A stretch of DNA of 32,000 nucleotides from Micrococcus luteus NCTC 2665 (GTDB lineage Bacteria; Actinomycetota; Actinomycetes; Actinomycetales; Micrococcaceae). Made by a program: the position numbers and the translations under genes. Of the stretch, positions 9,604-17,021 are shown piece after piece (the stretch's first letter is position 1; every line of letters begins with the position of its first letter). Under the pieces are notes generated by a model. That model did no database searches, had not been told where the DNA came from, and saw nothing but the letters and a program-made list of their open reading frames with translations. The stretch covers positions 660,001 through 692,000 of the forward strand of contig NC_012803.1 of NCBI RefSeq assembly GCF_000023205.1, written 5' to 3'.

Positions 9604-10235
9604 ACCGGGCGGCCGTAGCGGACCGCCGGCGCGCCCGCGCCCTGCGGGGCACGGTCCTGGCGGTGGCCCTGCTCAACGGCGCCTACCTGGTGGTCGAGAT
9701 CATCCTGGCCCTGGGGATCGGCTCGGTGGCCCTCGTGGCGGACTCCGTCGACTTCTTCGAGGACTTCGCCGTCAACCTGCTGATCTTCGTGGCGCTCGGG
9801 TGGACGGCGGCCCGGCAGGCGGTCATCGGCAAGGTCATGGCCGGGGTCATCGTGCTCCCAGCCGTGGCGGCGCTCGTCATGGCGGCCACGAAGGTCGGGG
9901 ACCCCGACCCGCCGGCCGCGGGCGTGCTGCTGGGGGTGGCCGTCGGCTCGATCCTCGTGAACCTCGTGTGCGTGGTCCTGCTGGCCCGCGTCCGCGTCGA
10001 CGGCGGGTCCCTCACCCGGGCGGCCTGGCTCGCGGCGCGCAACGACCTCGTGGCCGGCGTCGTGCTGATCGCCCTGTCCGGGATCACGGTGCTGACGGCA
10101 TCGGGCTGGGCGGACATCATCGTGGGCGTGCTTCTCGTGCTGCTCAACGGCTCCGCCGCCAAGGAGATCTGGGAGGTCGCGACCGAGGAGCACCTGGCGG
10201 CCCGGGCCCTCGCCGGCGAGGTCGACGACGACTGA
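9600..10235 (+). CDS. cation diffusion facilitator-like cation transporter (membrane domain only, about 211 aa)
   Basis: This is the ORF 9219..10235 frame. GTG at 9600 overlaps the GNAT stop (GTGA). The protein reads [56 protein letters not shown]... and has about 5-6 TM segments. No C-terminal cytoplasmic CDF domain is visible. Confidence 0.6.
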   Translation: MNRAAVADRRRARALRGTVLAVALLNGAYLVVEIILALGIGSVALVADSVDFFEDFAVNLLIFVALGWTAARQAVIGKVMAGVIVLPAVAALVMAATKVGDPDPPAAGVLLGVAVGSILVNLVCVVLLARVRVDGGSLTRAAWLAARNDLVAGVVLIALSGITVLTASGWADIIVGVLLVLLNGSAAKEIWEVATEEHLAARALAGEVDDD

Positions 10236-10242
10236 GCAGTTC

Positions 10243-11556
10243 CTACGGGGTGGCGGGCAGCCGGGCGGCCAGCACCGCCCCGACGGCGGCCAGGCCCAGG
10301 AACACCGTCAGCGCCGGTGCCAGACCGACGGCGCCGGCCAGTGCCCCGACCGCCGGGCTGAGCCCGACCCCGGCCAGCCGCATGCACCAGCTCGTCACCG
10401 CCAGCCCGGTCTGCGGCCGGAGCCCGGGCGCCTCGTCGCCGAGCGCATAGGCCACGGGCACCACCACGGCGCAGCCCAGCCCCGCCAGCGCCAGCCCCGC
10501 GAACGCGGCAGGCACGGCCACCGGCCCCGGCAGCGGCGCCAGGGCCAGTCCCAGCCCCACGACGACGGCGCCCAGCCCCGCCGTCAGCGCCCCGCGGCGT
10601 CCCAGGGCGGCGAGGGTGCGGTCGCCCGCGAGGCGTCCGACGAACTGCGCGCCCAGCAGCGTCGACGCGCCGAGCACCGCCGCGGCCGGGTCCAGGCCGC
10701 GCTCGGTGATCAGGAACAGGGTGGCCCACGCGTTGCCGAACTCCTCCACACCGAACCCGGCCATCGCGATCACCACGGCGGGGACGAGCACGGCCACGGC
10801 GGCGCGGCGGGGGAGGGCTTGGGTGGCCGGGGCAGGCGGCGCGGACGTCTCCGACGGCGCGGGTGACTGATCCGAGGCGTCGCGGGCCGAGGCCGAGTCC
10901 GTGGGCGCCTCCGCCAGGAACAGGCGCCGGACCCCCAGCAGCACCGCGACGCACACGGCGCCGTTGAGGCCCAGGTGCAGGGCCGCGGGGCCGCCCACGG
11001 TGATGACCGCGGCGCCGAGCCCGGCACCGGCGGCCGCTCCGAGGCTCCAGCCGGCGTGCATGGTCGTGAGAACGGGCCGGGCCAGCCGGGTCTGCACCTG
11101 CAGGCCCTGCGCGTTCTGGGCGGTGTCCACAACGGCGTCGAGCACCCCCGATGCCAGGACGAGGCCCGCGAAGACCCACAGCGGCCAGGCCGCGGCCGTG
11201 CCCGCACCGTGCCCGGCCCCCGCGCCCGCCCCGGCGACGTCGAGGACGAGACCGGCCGCCGTCGTGAGCAGGGCGATGGCCACGCTGCCGGCGAGCATGA
11301 CGCGTCGGGCGCCGAACCGGCGCAGGATCGGCGCGGGCAGAGGCCCGGCGAGCGTGCCGCCCACGGCGAGCGCGATGACGAGCAGGCCGAACGCGGCCGG
11401 GTCCAGGCCGAACGCGGCCTTGGCCTCCGGGTAGTGCGGGATGAGCGCGCCGAGCAGGGCGCCGTTCGTCGCGAAGGCGGCGGTGACGGCCCAGCGCGCG
11501 CGACGGGCTCGGGTGAACCCGTCGGCGGCCGGAACGTGCGGCGCGGCCTGGCTCAT
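10243..11556 (-). CDS. MFS transporter
   Basis: This is the ORF 10243..12021 frame with ATG at 11556 (MSQAAPHVPAADGFTRARRARWAVTAAFATNGALLGAL...). It encodes a 437-aa polytopic, Ala/Gly/Leu-rich 12-TM-type protein. Its start overlaps the stop of the upstream LLM fragment by 4 nt. Confidence 0.75.
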   Translation of the reverse strand: MSQAAPHVPAADGFTRARRARWAVTAAFATNGALLGALIPHYPEAKAAFGLDPAAFGLLVIALAVGGTLAGPLPAPILRRFGARRVMLAGSVAIALLTTAAGLVLDVAGAGAGAGHGAGTAAAWPLWVFAGLVLASGVLDAVVDTAQNAQGLQVQTRLARPVLTTMHAGWSLGAAAGAGLGAAVITVGGPAALHLGLNGAVCVAVLLGVRRLFLAEAPTDSASARDASDQSPAPSETSAPPAPATQALPRRAAVAVLVPAVVIAMAGFGVEEFGNAWATLFLITERGLDPAAAVLGASTLLGAQFVGRLAGDRTLAALGRRGALTAGLGAVVVGLGLALAPLPGPVAVPAAFAGLALAGLGCAVVVPVAYALGDEAPGLRPQTGLAVTSWCMRLAGVGLSPAVGALAGAVGLAPALTVFLGLAAVGAVLAARLPATP

Positions 11557-12323
11557 GCATCCCAGCCGAGCAGGCGCCAGACCTCCGCCCAGCCGGCGAA
11601 GATCTTCGCGTTGTACTCGACCCCGAGCTGGTTGGGGTTGGCGAACAGGACCCAGTCGGCGGCGGCGACGGCGTCGTCGGCGGCGAGCTTCTCCGCGACC
11701 TCCTCGGCGGACCCGGCATAGGTCGGGCCGGAGCGGGCGGCGCCGCCCTCGAGCATGCCGGAGGAGTCGCGCGAGGCCCGCTCCCGGCCGAAGTACAGCT
11801 CGTCCTCCCGGTCCTGGATGACGAACGCGGAGCGCGTGACCGCCGTGCGGCCCGGACCGGCGTGGCCGGCCGCGGCGAAGGCCTCCCGGTAGCGGGCGAT
11901 CTGGTCGGCCTGCTGGACGTGGAAGGGGCGGCCGTCGTCCTGCAGGAGCAGGGTGGAGGAGAGCATGTTGTAGCCGTCCGCGGCGGCGCCGGCCACCGAG
12001 CCCACGGAGCCCGACCCCCACCAGATCCGGTCCGCGAGCCCGGGGGAGTACGGCTCGATCCGCAGCGGCTGCGAGCTGTGCGCCCAGCCGGAGGCGAGGT
12101 CCGGCGTCGCGATGCCCTCGCCGCGCACGGCCGCGAGGAAGCGGCGTCCGCGCTCGCGGGTCACGTCGGCCCAGGTCTGCCCCTCGTCGAGGGTGTAGCC
12201 GAACTGTGCCTGGCCGTCGAGGGCGGCCTCGGGTGAGCCGCGGGAGACGCCGAGCTCGAGCCGGCCACCGGAGATGAGGTCCGTGGTGGCCGCGGCCTCG
12301 GCCATGTACAGGGGGTTCTCATA
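11553..12323 (-). pseudogene. LLM class (luciferase-like) flavin-dependent oxidoreductase, C-terminal 256 codons, separated from its N-terminus by the inserted element
   Basis: This is the tail of the 1010-aa ORF 11553..14585: (Y)ENPLYMAEAAATTDLISGGRLELGVSRGSPEAALDGQAQFGY...GWAEVWRLLGWDA. The matching N-terminal 84 codons are at 20904..21158. The two parts join in frame (…GVIDLR|YENPLY…) to give about 340 aa. Confidence 0.8.
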
Positions 12324-12366
12324 GCGCATGTCGGGCTTGTGGCGTTGGTGCGACCGGCTCTGCCGT

Positions 12367-12756
12367 TTACAGGTACCGGCAGACCTGGTCCGCGCTGCAC
12401 GAGTCGGGGTCGGGCTGCGCGGCGTCGCGTCTGAGCTCGGTGATGGTGTCGCGCAGCGCGGCGAGCTGGGCGATCTGCTGCTCGATCTCGGCGAGGCGTG
12501 CGTCGAGGAGGTCGCGCACGTGCTCGCAGGGAGCAGCGCCGTCGTCGCGGATGTCGAGGATCTGGCGGATCTGGGCGAGGGTGAGGCCCGCGGCCTGGCC
12601 GCGGTGGACGAAGTCGATCCGGGCGGCCGTCTCGGGCGCGTAGTCGCGGTATCCGGACGGCGTGCGCTCGGCCGGCGGCAGCAGGCCCTGCTCCTCGTAG
12701 AACCGCAGCGTCTTCGCCGTCGTTCCCGCCCGCTCGGCGAGTTCCCCGATGCGCAT
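12367..12756 (-). CDS. merR: MerR family Hg(II)-responsive transcriptional regulator
   Basis: This 129-aa ORF has an N-terminal MerR wHTH (MRIGELAERAGTTAKTLRFYEEQGLL). It has three cysteines at positions 77, 120 and 126, spaced like the Hg-binding Cys of MerR. It is divergent from merA. Confidence 0.85.
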   Translation of the reverse strand: MRIGELAERAGTTAKTLRFYEEQGLLPPAERTPSGYRDYAPETAARIDFVHRGQAAGLTLAQIRQILDIRDDGAAPCEHVRDLLDARLAEIEQQIAQLAALRDTITELRRDAAQPDPDSCSADQVCRYL

Positions 12757-12789
12757 CGCAGGCCCCCTCTTCTTTCGGCAGAAGTCCTC

Positions 12790-12821
12790 TTGACCTTCCC
12801 CTGCACTGGAAGGTCCAGTAT
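12790..12821 (+). promoter_or_regulatory. MerR-type promoter/operator for merA
   Basis: The -35 is TTGACC (12790-12795), followed by a 20-bp spacer and the -10-like CAGTAT (12816-12821). The spacer holds a perfect dyad, GACCTTCC (12792-12799) and GGAAGGTC (12808-12815). A long spacer with an internal dyad is the hallmark of MerR-activated promoters. Confidence 0.6.
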
Positions 12822-12863
12822 GGCTGAGACAGACCGGAAGACCAAGTGTTGACAGGAGCTGCG

Positions 12864-14288
12864 ATGCCCACGAAGTACGACCTCGCTATCATCGGATCGG
12901 GCGGTGGTGCGTTCGCCGCCGCGATCCGCGCGACCACGCTCGGCAAGTCGGTGGTGATGATCGAGCGCGGGACGCTGGGCGGCACCTGCGTGAACACCGG
13001 CTGCGTGCCGTCGAAGGCCCTGATCGCCGCGGCCGACGCACGGCACTCCGCGGCCGACGCCGCCGACCGGTTCCCGGGGATCGCGACGACGGCGGGGCCG
13101 GTGGACATGCCCGCCCTGATCGCCGGGAAGCAGGCGCTGGTCGAGTCGCTGCGGGGCGAGAAGTACGCCGACGTCGCCGACTCCTACGGGTGGGCCGTCC
13201 GCCGCGGCGACGCCGCGTTCGCCGGCACCCCCGACGCTCCGGTCCTCCAGGTCGCCGGGGACGACGGCAGCACCGAGACGATCGAGGCCGGGCACTTCCT
13301 GGTGGCGACCGGCTCTCGGCCGTGGGCCCCGCCGATCGACGGCCTGGACGAGACCGGGTACCTGACCTCGACCACGGCGATGGAGCTGACCGAACTCCCT
13401 GAGTCCCTGCTCGTGCTCGGCGGCGGCTACGTCGCCCTGGAGCAGGCGCAGCTGTTCGCCCGGCTCGGCTCCCAGGTCACCGTGCTGGTCCGGTCCCGGC
13501 TCGCGTCGAAGGAGGAGCCGGAGGTGTCCAGGACGCTGGAGGAGGTGTTCGCCGACGAGGGCATCCGGGTGGTCCGCCGCGCGCTGCCGACGCGGGTGTC
13601 CCGCGACGCCGCGACCGGGCAGGCCGTCGTCACCGCGGACGTCGCCGGGGGGCGGGAGGAGTTCCGCGCCGACCAGGTGCTCGTCGCCCTCGGACGACGA
13701 CCGGTCACCGACGGGCTCGGCCTCGACAGGGTCGGGGTCGAGACCGGGGACCTCGGCGAGGTGGTCGTCTCCGACCGGATGCAGTCCTCCCACCCGCGGA
13801 TCTGGGCCGCGGGCGACGTGACCGGCCACCCTGAGTTCGTCTACGTCGCCGCCCACCACGGCACCCTCGTCGCCGAGAACGCGTTCGCCGACGCCGACCG
13901 GGCCGTGGACTACGCCCGACTGCCGAGGGTGACGTTCACCGGCCCGGCGATCGGCGCGGTCGGGATGACCGAGAAGGACGTCGTCGCCGCCGGGATCCGC
14001 TGCGACTGCCGCGTCCTGCCGCTGCACCACGTGCCCCGCGCACTGGTCAACCGCGACACCCGCGGCTTCGTCAAGATCGTCGTGGACGCCGACACCGGGA
14101 AGATTCTCGGCATCACCGCCGTCGCCAAGGACGCCGGCGAGCTCGCCGCCGCCGGGGTCCACGTGCTCGGCAAGACGGTCGCCGAGGTCGCCGACGCCTG
14201 GGCCCCCTACCTGACCATGGCCGAGGGCATCCGGATCGCCGCCAAGGCCTTCACCACCGATCCGTCGCTCCTGTCGTGCTGCGCGTGA
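12864..14288 (+). CDS. merA: mercury(II) reductase, core form without an N-terminal HMA (NmerA) domain
   Basis: This is the ORF 12846..14288 frame. ATG at 12864 is preceded by AGGAG at 12854-12858. The protein has an FAD motif (IIGSGGGAF), the redox-active pair GTCVNTGCVPSK, and a C-terminal vicinal Cys pair (...LLSCCA) diagnostic of MerA. Confidence 0.92.
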   Translation: MPTKYDLAIIGSGGGAFAAAIRATTLGKSVVMIERGTLGGTCVNTGCVPSKALIAAADARHSAADAADRFPGIATTAGPVDMPALIAGKQALVESLRGEKYADVADSYGWAVRRGDAAFAGTPDAPVLQVAGDDGSTETIEAGHFLVATGSRPWAPPIDGLDETGYLTSTTAMELTELPESLLVLGGGYVALEQAQLFARLGSQVTVLVRSRLASKEEPEVSRTLEEVFADEGIRVVRRALPTRVSRDAATGQAVVTADVAGGREEFRADQVLVALGRRPVTDGLGLDRVGVETGDLGEVVVSDRMQSSHPRIWAAGDVTGHPEFVYVAAHHGTLVAENAFADADRAVDYARLPRVTFTGPAIGAVGMTEKDVVAAGIRCDCRVLPLHHVPRALVNRDTRGFVKIVVDADTGKILGITAVAKDAGELAAAGVHVLGKTVAEVADAWAPYLTMAEGIRIAAKAFTTDPSLLSCCA

Positions 14289-14339
14289 ACGCGCACGCAG
14301 ACAATCGGGGGGAACGCTCAGCTGGGAGAGGAACAGACG

Positions 14340-14642
14340 ATGAGCGGCGATAAGGACCACGACTCGCATCGCGCGGGCGTGCTTGTCGGTGCTGGGACGG
14401 GCTTGCTCCTGTTGGCATGCTGCGCGCTTCCGCTGCTGATCTGCTGCGGCCTGCCTCTCCTCGCCGCGGGCGGAGCCCTCGCAGGTATCGGAGGTTTCCT
14501 CGGCAACCCTTGGCTCATCGGTGCCGGGATCGCAGTCGGGGTGGCCGTCACAGCGGCGATCGTCCTCCGGCGACTGCGGCGGCACCGACGTCGCTCGACC
14601 GGCTGCTGCGGCAATCGTTCGACTACTGACCGGGGTCAGTAG
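14340..14642 (+). CDS. MerF-like mercury transport membrane protein (two TM, vicinal cysteine pairs)
   Basis: This 100-aa ORF lies directly after merA. TM1 carries LLACCALPLLICCGLP (two CC pairs). A second TM is followed by a basic stretch and a C-terminal STGCCGN. The layout resembles MerF (CC in TM1, CC near the C-terminus). Confidence 0.65.
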   Translation: MSGDKDHDSHRAGVLVGAGTGLLLLACCALPLLICCGLPLLAAGGALAGIGGFLGNPWLIGAGIAVGVAVTAAIVLRRLRRHRRRSTGCCGNRSTTDRGQ

Positions 14643-14657
14643 TTCGAGTGGCTCCAG

Positions 14658-15560
14658 TCATCGTCGCCAGTTCGGCCACGTCGGCATCCCGCGACCCTTC
14701 CAGGTCTCCACGAGGCCAGCAACCCAGCGGACGGACGCGAAGACCCCGTAGCCGGCCGCCGCGAGGCCCGCGGCGATCACGAGCCAGCGCCCGATCCCGA
14801 GCCACACGCTACCGTCCACGTCCAGCGCCCACTGAGCGCCTGTGATGAGCCCAGCGATGCCCATCCAGAGCCCGGCGACGACCACCACCACCGGCAGGAG
14901 TGCGAGGCACATCGCGGCGGCGGCCGACCAGAGCTGACGGGCCTCCAGCTTCGCCGTGGCAGCGATGATCCGCTCGGCGCGCTCGTTCGATGCGTCGAGG
15001 TTTGCCGCGATCGTGGCAGACGCCTCCCCGGCGACCTGTTCGACGGCCTTCACGACTCGCTCCTCGGTGCGCTTTTCGATCCGCTGCACCGCGCCGCCGA
15101 CCTGGCTGACGAGCTTCTGGTTCGCCGCGGCCTGCGCCTTGAGCCCCTCAATCGCCGATGCCGTAGCCGCGTGATTCCTCTGCGCCTCCGCGACCAAGCT
15201 CTGCGACGCGGCGTTCAAGCTCTCGCCGTTGAGACTCTGCGCGAACTCGCCGAGCGTGCTCGCGATCTCGTTCAGCCTGCTCTCGATACTCGCGATCCTC
15301 GCGGACGCGTCGCTGGAGGGCGAGGAGGTCGACGCCGAGGCCGTGATCCGCTCCAGCCGCCTCGTCGTCTCCTCGTCCATGACCTTCACGAACCCTGCGA
15401 GCTTCTTCTGCTGCTCGGCCAGCCGGTCGAGCCTCGCGTTCTGCGCCTCGACGGCGGCGAGGATCGAGGTCAACGCCTCCATCGTCTCCGGACTGTCGAG
15501 CTGCTGCTGCGATCCGCTCTGCGCGTTCTGCTGCTTCAGCCTGTCGAGCGCTGCGCTCAT
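14658..15560 (-). CDS. coiled-coil protein with C-terminal transmembrane anchor, unknown function
   Basis: This is the ORF 14658..15779 frame with ATG at 15560. The protein reads MSAALDRLKQQNAQSGSQQQLDSPETMEALTSILAAVEAQNARLDRLAEQQKKL..., followed by two to three hydrophobic segments (LALLPVVVVVAGLWMGIAGLI, WLVIAAGLAAAGYGVFA). Third codon positions are almost all G/C in this frame where checked. The start is uncertain because it overlaps the relaxase ORF. Confidence 0.6.
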   Translation of the reverse strand: MSAALDRLKQQNAQSGSQQQLDSPETMEALTSILAAVEAQNARLDRLAEQQKKLAGFVKVMDEETTRRLERITASASTSSPSSDASARIASIESRLNEIASTLGEFAQSLNGESLNAASQSLVAEAQRNHAATASAIEGLKAQAAANQKLVSQVGGAVQRIEKRTEERVVKAVEQVAGEASATIAANLDASNERAERIIAATAKLEARQLWSAAAAMCLALLPVVVVVAGLWMGIAGLITGAQWALDVDGSVWLGIGRWLVIAAGLAAAGYGVFASVRWVAGLVETWKGRGMPTWPNWRR

Positions 15561-16434
15561 GTTCCTGCTCCTCCTGCTGCTGGTGATAGTCGAAGAACGC
15601 CTGCGCGCCCTCCGGGGTGAAGTCCGCCGAGAGTGCGCTCGCGCGCTTGCGGCGCTCGGCGCGTCCGGACTCGCCGCGGCGGTCCTCGATGTAGAGCGTC
15701 CAGGTCTCCTGCCCGGCGCGCTTGCCCTTCTTGCTGACGGGGCTGTGCAACCGCATCCGCAGCACCCGCTCCCCGTCATCGCCGCGCTGCTGGTTCTGCT
15801 CCTCGATCACCGCTTCGAGACCGGCCTTGTCCACCGCACGGGGATCAGCCAGGGCGGCGCTCATCCGGTCGCCCATCTCGCGGTCGAGCCTGCCCTCGGC
15901 GAAGTCCTCGCGGCGCAGCTCCCAGTCCTTCGGCGCGTGCTCCAGACGCTTCACGACCGAGAGACCGTGCTCGCGCATGAGCTCGTCGTTCGCTGACTGA
16001 ACGCCCCGCTGGTTCCCGGCCTTGCGGTCGTGGAACGTGCGATAGTCCGAGAGCGCCTTCCCCGTCCGATTGCTGTGGTTGATGACCAAGATGTGGTTGT
16101 GCGGCTTCTTCCCGCGTCCGTCCACATGGCTCACCACGAGGCAGTCCGCGTTGGGGTGCATCTTCTTCGCGAGCTGGTAACCCAGATCGTTCACCCGCTG
16201 CACGTCCTCAGGATTCTTTGGGTCGAACTCGTCGTCGCTGAACGACTGCCTGTAGTGCAGCGCCTCGACGTCACGCTTCGTGTTCTGGGTGAGCGCGCGG
16301 GCGCGCGCCGAGAACGCGCCGGGGCCTCCCGGCACGTCGCCCGTGATCGCGACGCCGCGCTCGTCCTCCTTGCCCCGGATGTAGCGCTCGGTGTCGGCGG
16401 CGTTGGCGCTCGGACTGTAATGCGTCGTGCTCAT
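15148..16434 (-). CDS. relaxase/mobilization nuclease (MobA/VirD2 family); real coding probably ends near 15560
   Basis: The 428-aa ORF has a relaxase N-terminal domain (EALHYRQSFSDDEF, and the histidine triad SHVDGRGKKPHNHILVINH). After about residue 292 the frame turns into an R/E/A/G-rich tail with many A/T third positions, and it overlaps the better-looking coiled-coil frame. Confidence 0.8.
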   Translation of the reverse strand: MSTTHYSPSANAADTERYIRGKEDERGVAITGDVPGGPGAFSARARALTQNTKRDVEALHYRQSFSDDEFDPKNPEDVQRVNDLGYQLAKKMHPNADCLVVSHVDGRGKKPHNHILVINHSNRTGKALSDYRTFHDRKAGNQRGVQSANDELMREHGLSVVKRLEHAPKDWELRREDFAEGRLDREMGDRMSAALADPRAVDKAGLEAVIEEQNQQRGDDGERVLRMRLHSPVSKKGKRAGQETWTLYIEDRRGESGRAERRKRASALSADFTPEGAQAFFDYHQQQEEQEHERSARQAEAAERAERIAAAARQSGDDGGVDLDPRRRRGAEREARPAGRAAEEARRVREGHGRGDDEAAGADHGLGVDLLALQRRVREDREYREQAERDREHARRVRAESQRRELERRVAELGRGGAEESRGYGIGD

Positions 16435-17021
16435 GAGGCCGCCCGATCCCCGAGCAGCGCGCGGACCTCGTGCAGCAGCTCGATCAGCTCGGGCACCTCC
16501 GCCGACAGCGCCACCGGCTCACCCGCGCGAGCACGGCGGTCCAGGTCGTTGACGTTGATCGCGAGCGGGCGCACCTGGGCGGCCAGCTCCCGAGCATCAG
16601 CAGACGCCTGCACGCGCTCCTCGACCCCGAGCAGCTGCGCGGCCACGGCGGCATCCAGCTCCTCGCTCCGAGAGGCGTGCAGGGCATCGCGCACGACGGT
16701 CCGCACCCACGTGCTCGGAGCCAGCCCGAGCCGCTTCGCACGAGTGCGAAGCGCCGCGAGCGTGGCGTCATCGAAGCGGGTGTCGAGCCTCCCGCCGCCC
16801 CCACGACGACGCTTCGCGCCGCCGTGACTCTGGCGCACAGCCTCCGCATCAGCCCGACCGGTGTTCACCTGGGAGTCGGTCTGCTGCTCCACCTGTACGC
16901 CAGAGTGGCAAGCAGTAGCCGTGTCGGACGTTTCGCTGGCGCTCATGTCCTCCCCGGCTGCTTGCGAGGGGCCTCCGGCCCCCTCGACCCCCTGGAAGAG
17001 CGCATCGCGTTCGGTGCTCAT
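16431..17021 (-). CDS. mobC: MobC-like relaxosome accessory protein
   Basis: This 196-aa ORF has an RHH-like segment (RLDTRFDDATLAALRTRAKRLGLAPSTWVRTVVRDAL) and a MobC-like segment (LRPLAINVNDLDRRA). Its stop overlaps the relaxase ATG (ATGA). Confidence 0.7.
   Translation of the reverse strand: MSTERDALFQGVEGAGGPSQAAGEDMSASETSDTATACHSGVQVEQQTDSQVNTGRADAEAVRQSHGGAKRRRGGGGRLDTRFDDATLAALRTRAKRLGLAPSTWVRTVVRDALHASRSEELDAAVAAQLLGVEERVQASADARELAAQVRPLAINVNDLDRRARAGEPVALSAEVPELIELLHEVRALLGDRAAS

Noticed and set aside
11553-14585. 1010-aa ORF on the minus strand, the longest in the window
   Set aside because: It is a chimera. Only the last ~256 codons (LLM fragment) look like protein. The rest is R/P/G-rich and antisense or off-frame to merA, merR and the MerF-like gene, which have clear motifs. 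Long stop-free shadow frames are expected at this GC content.
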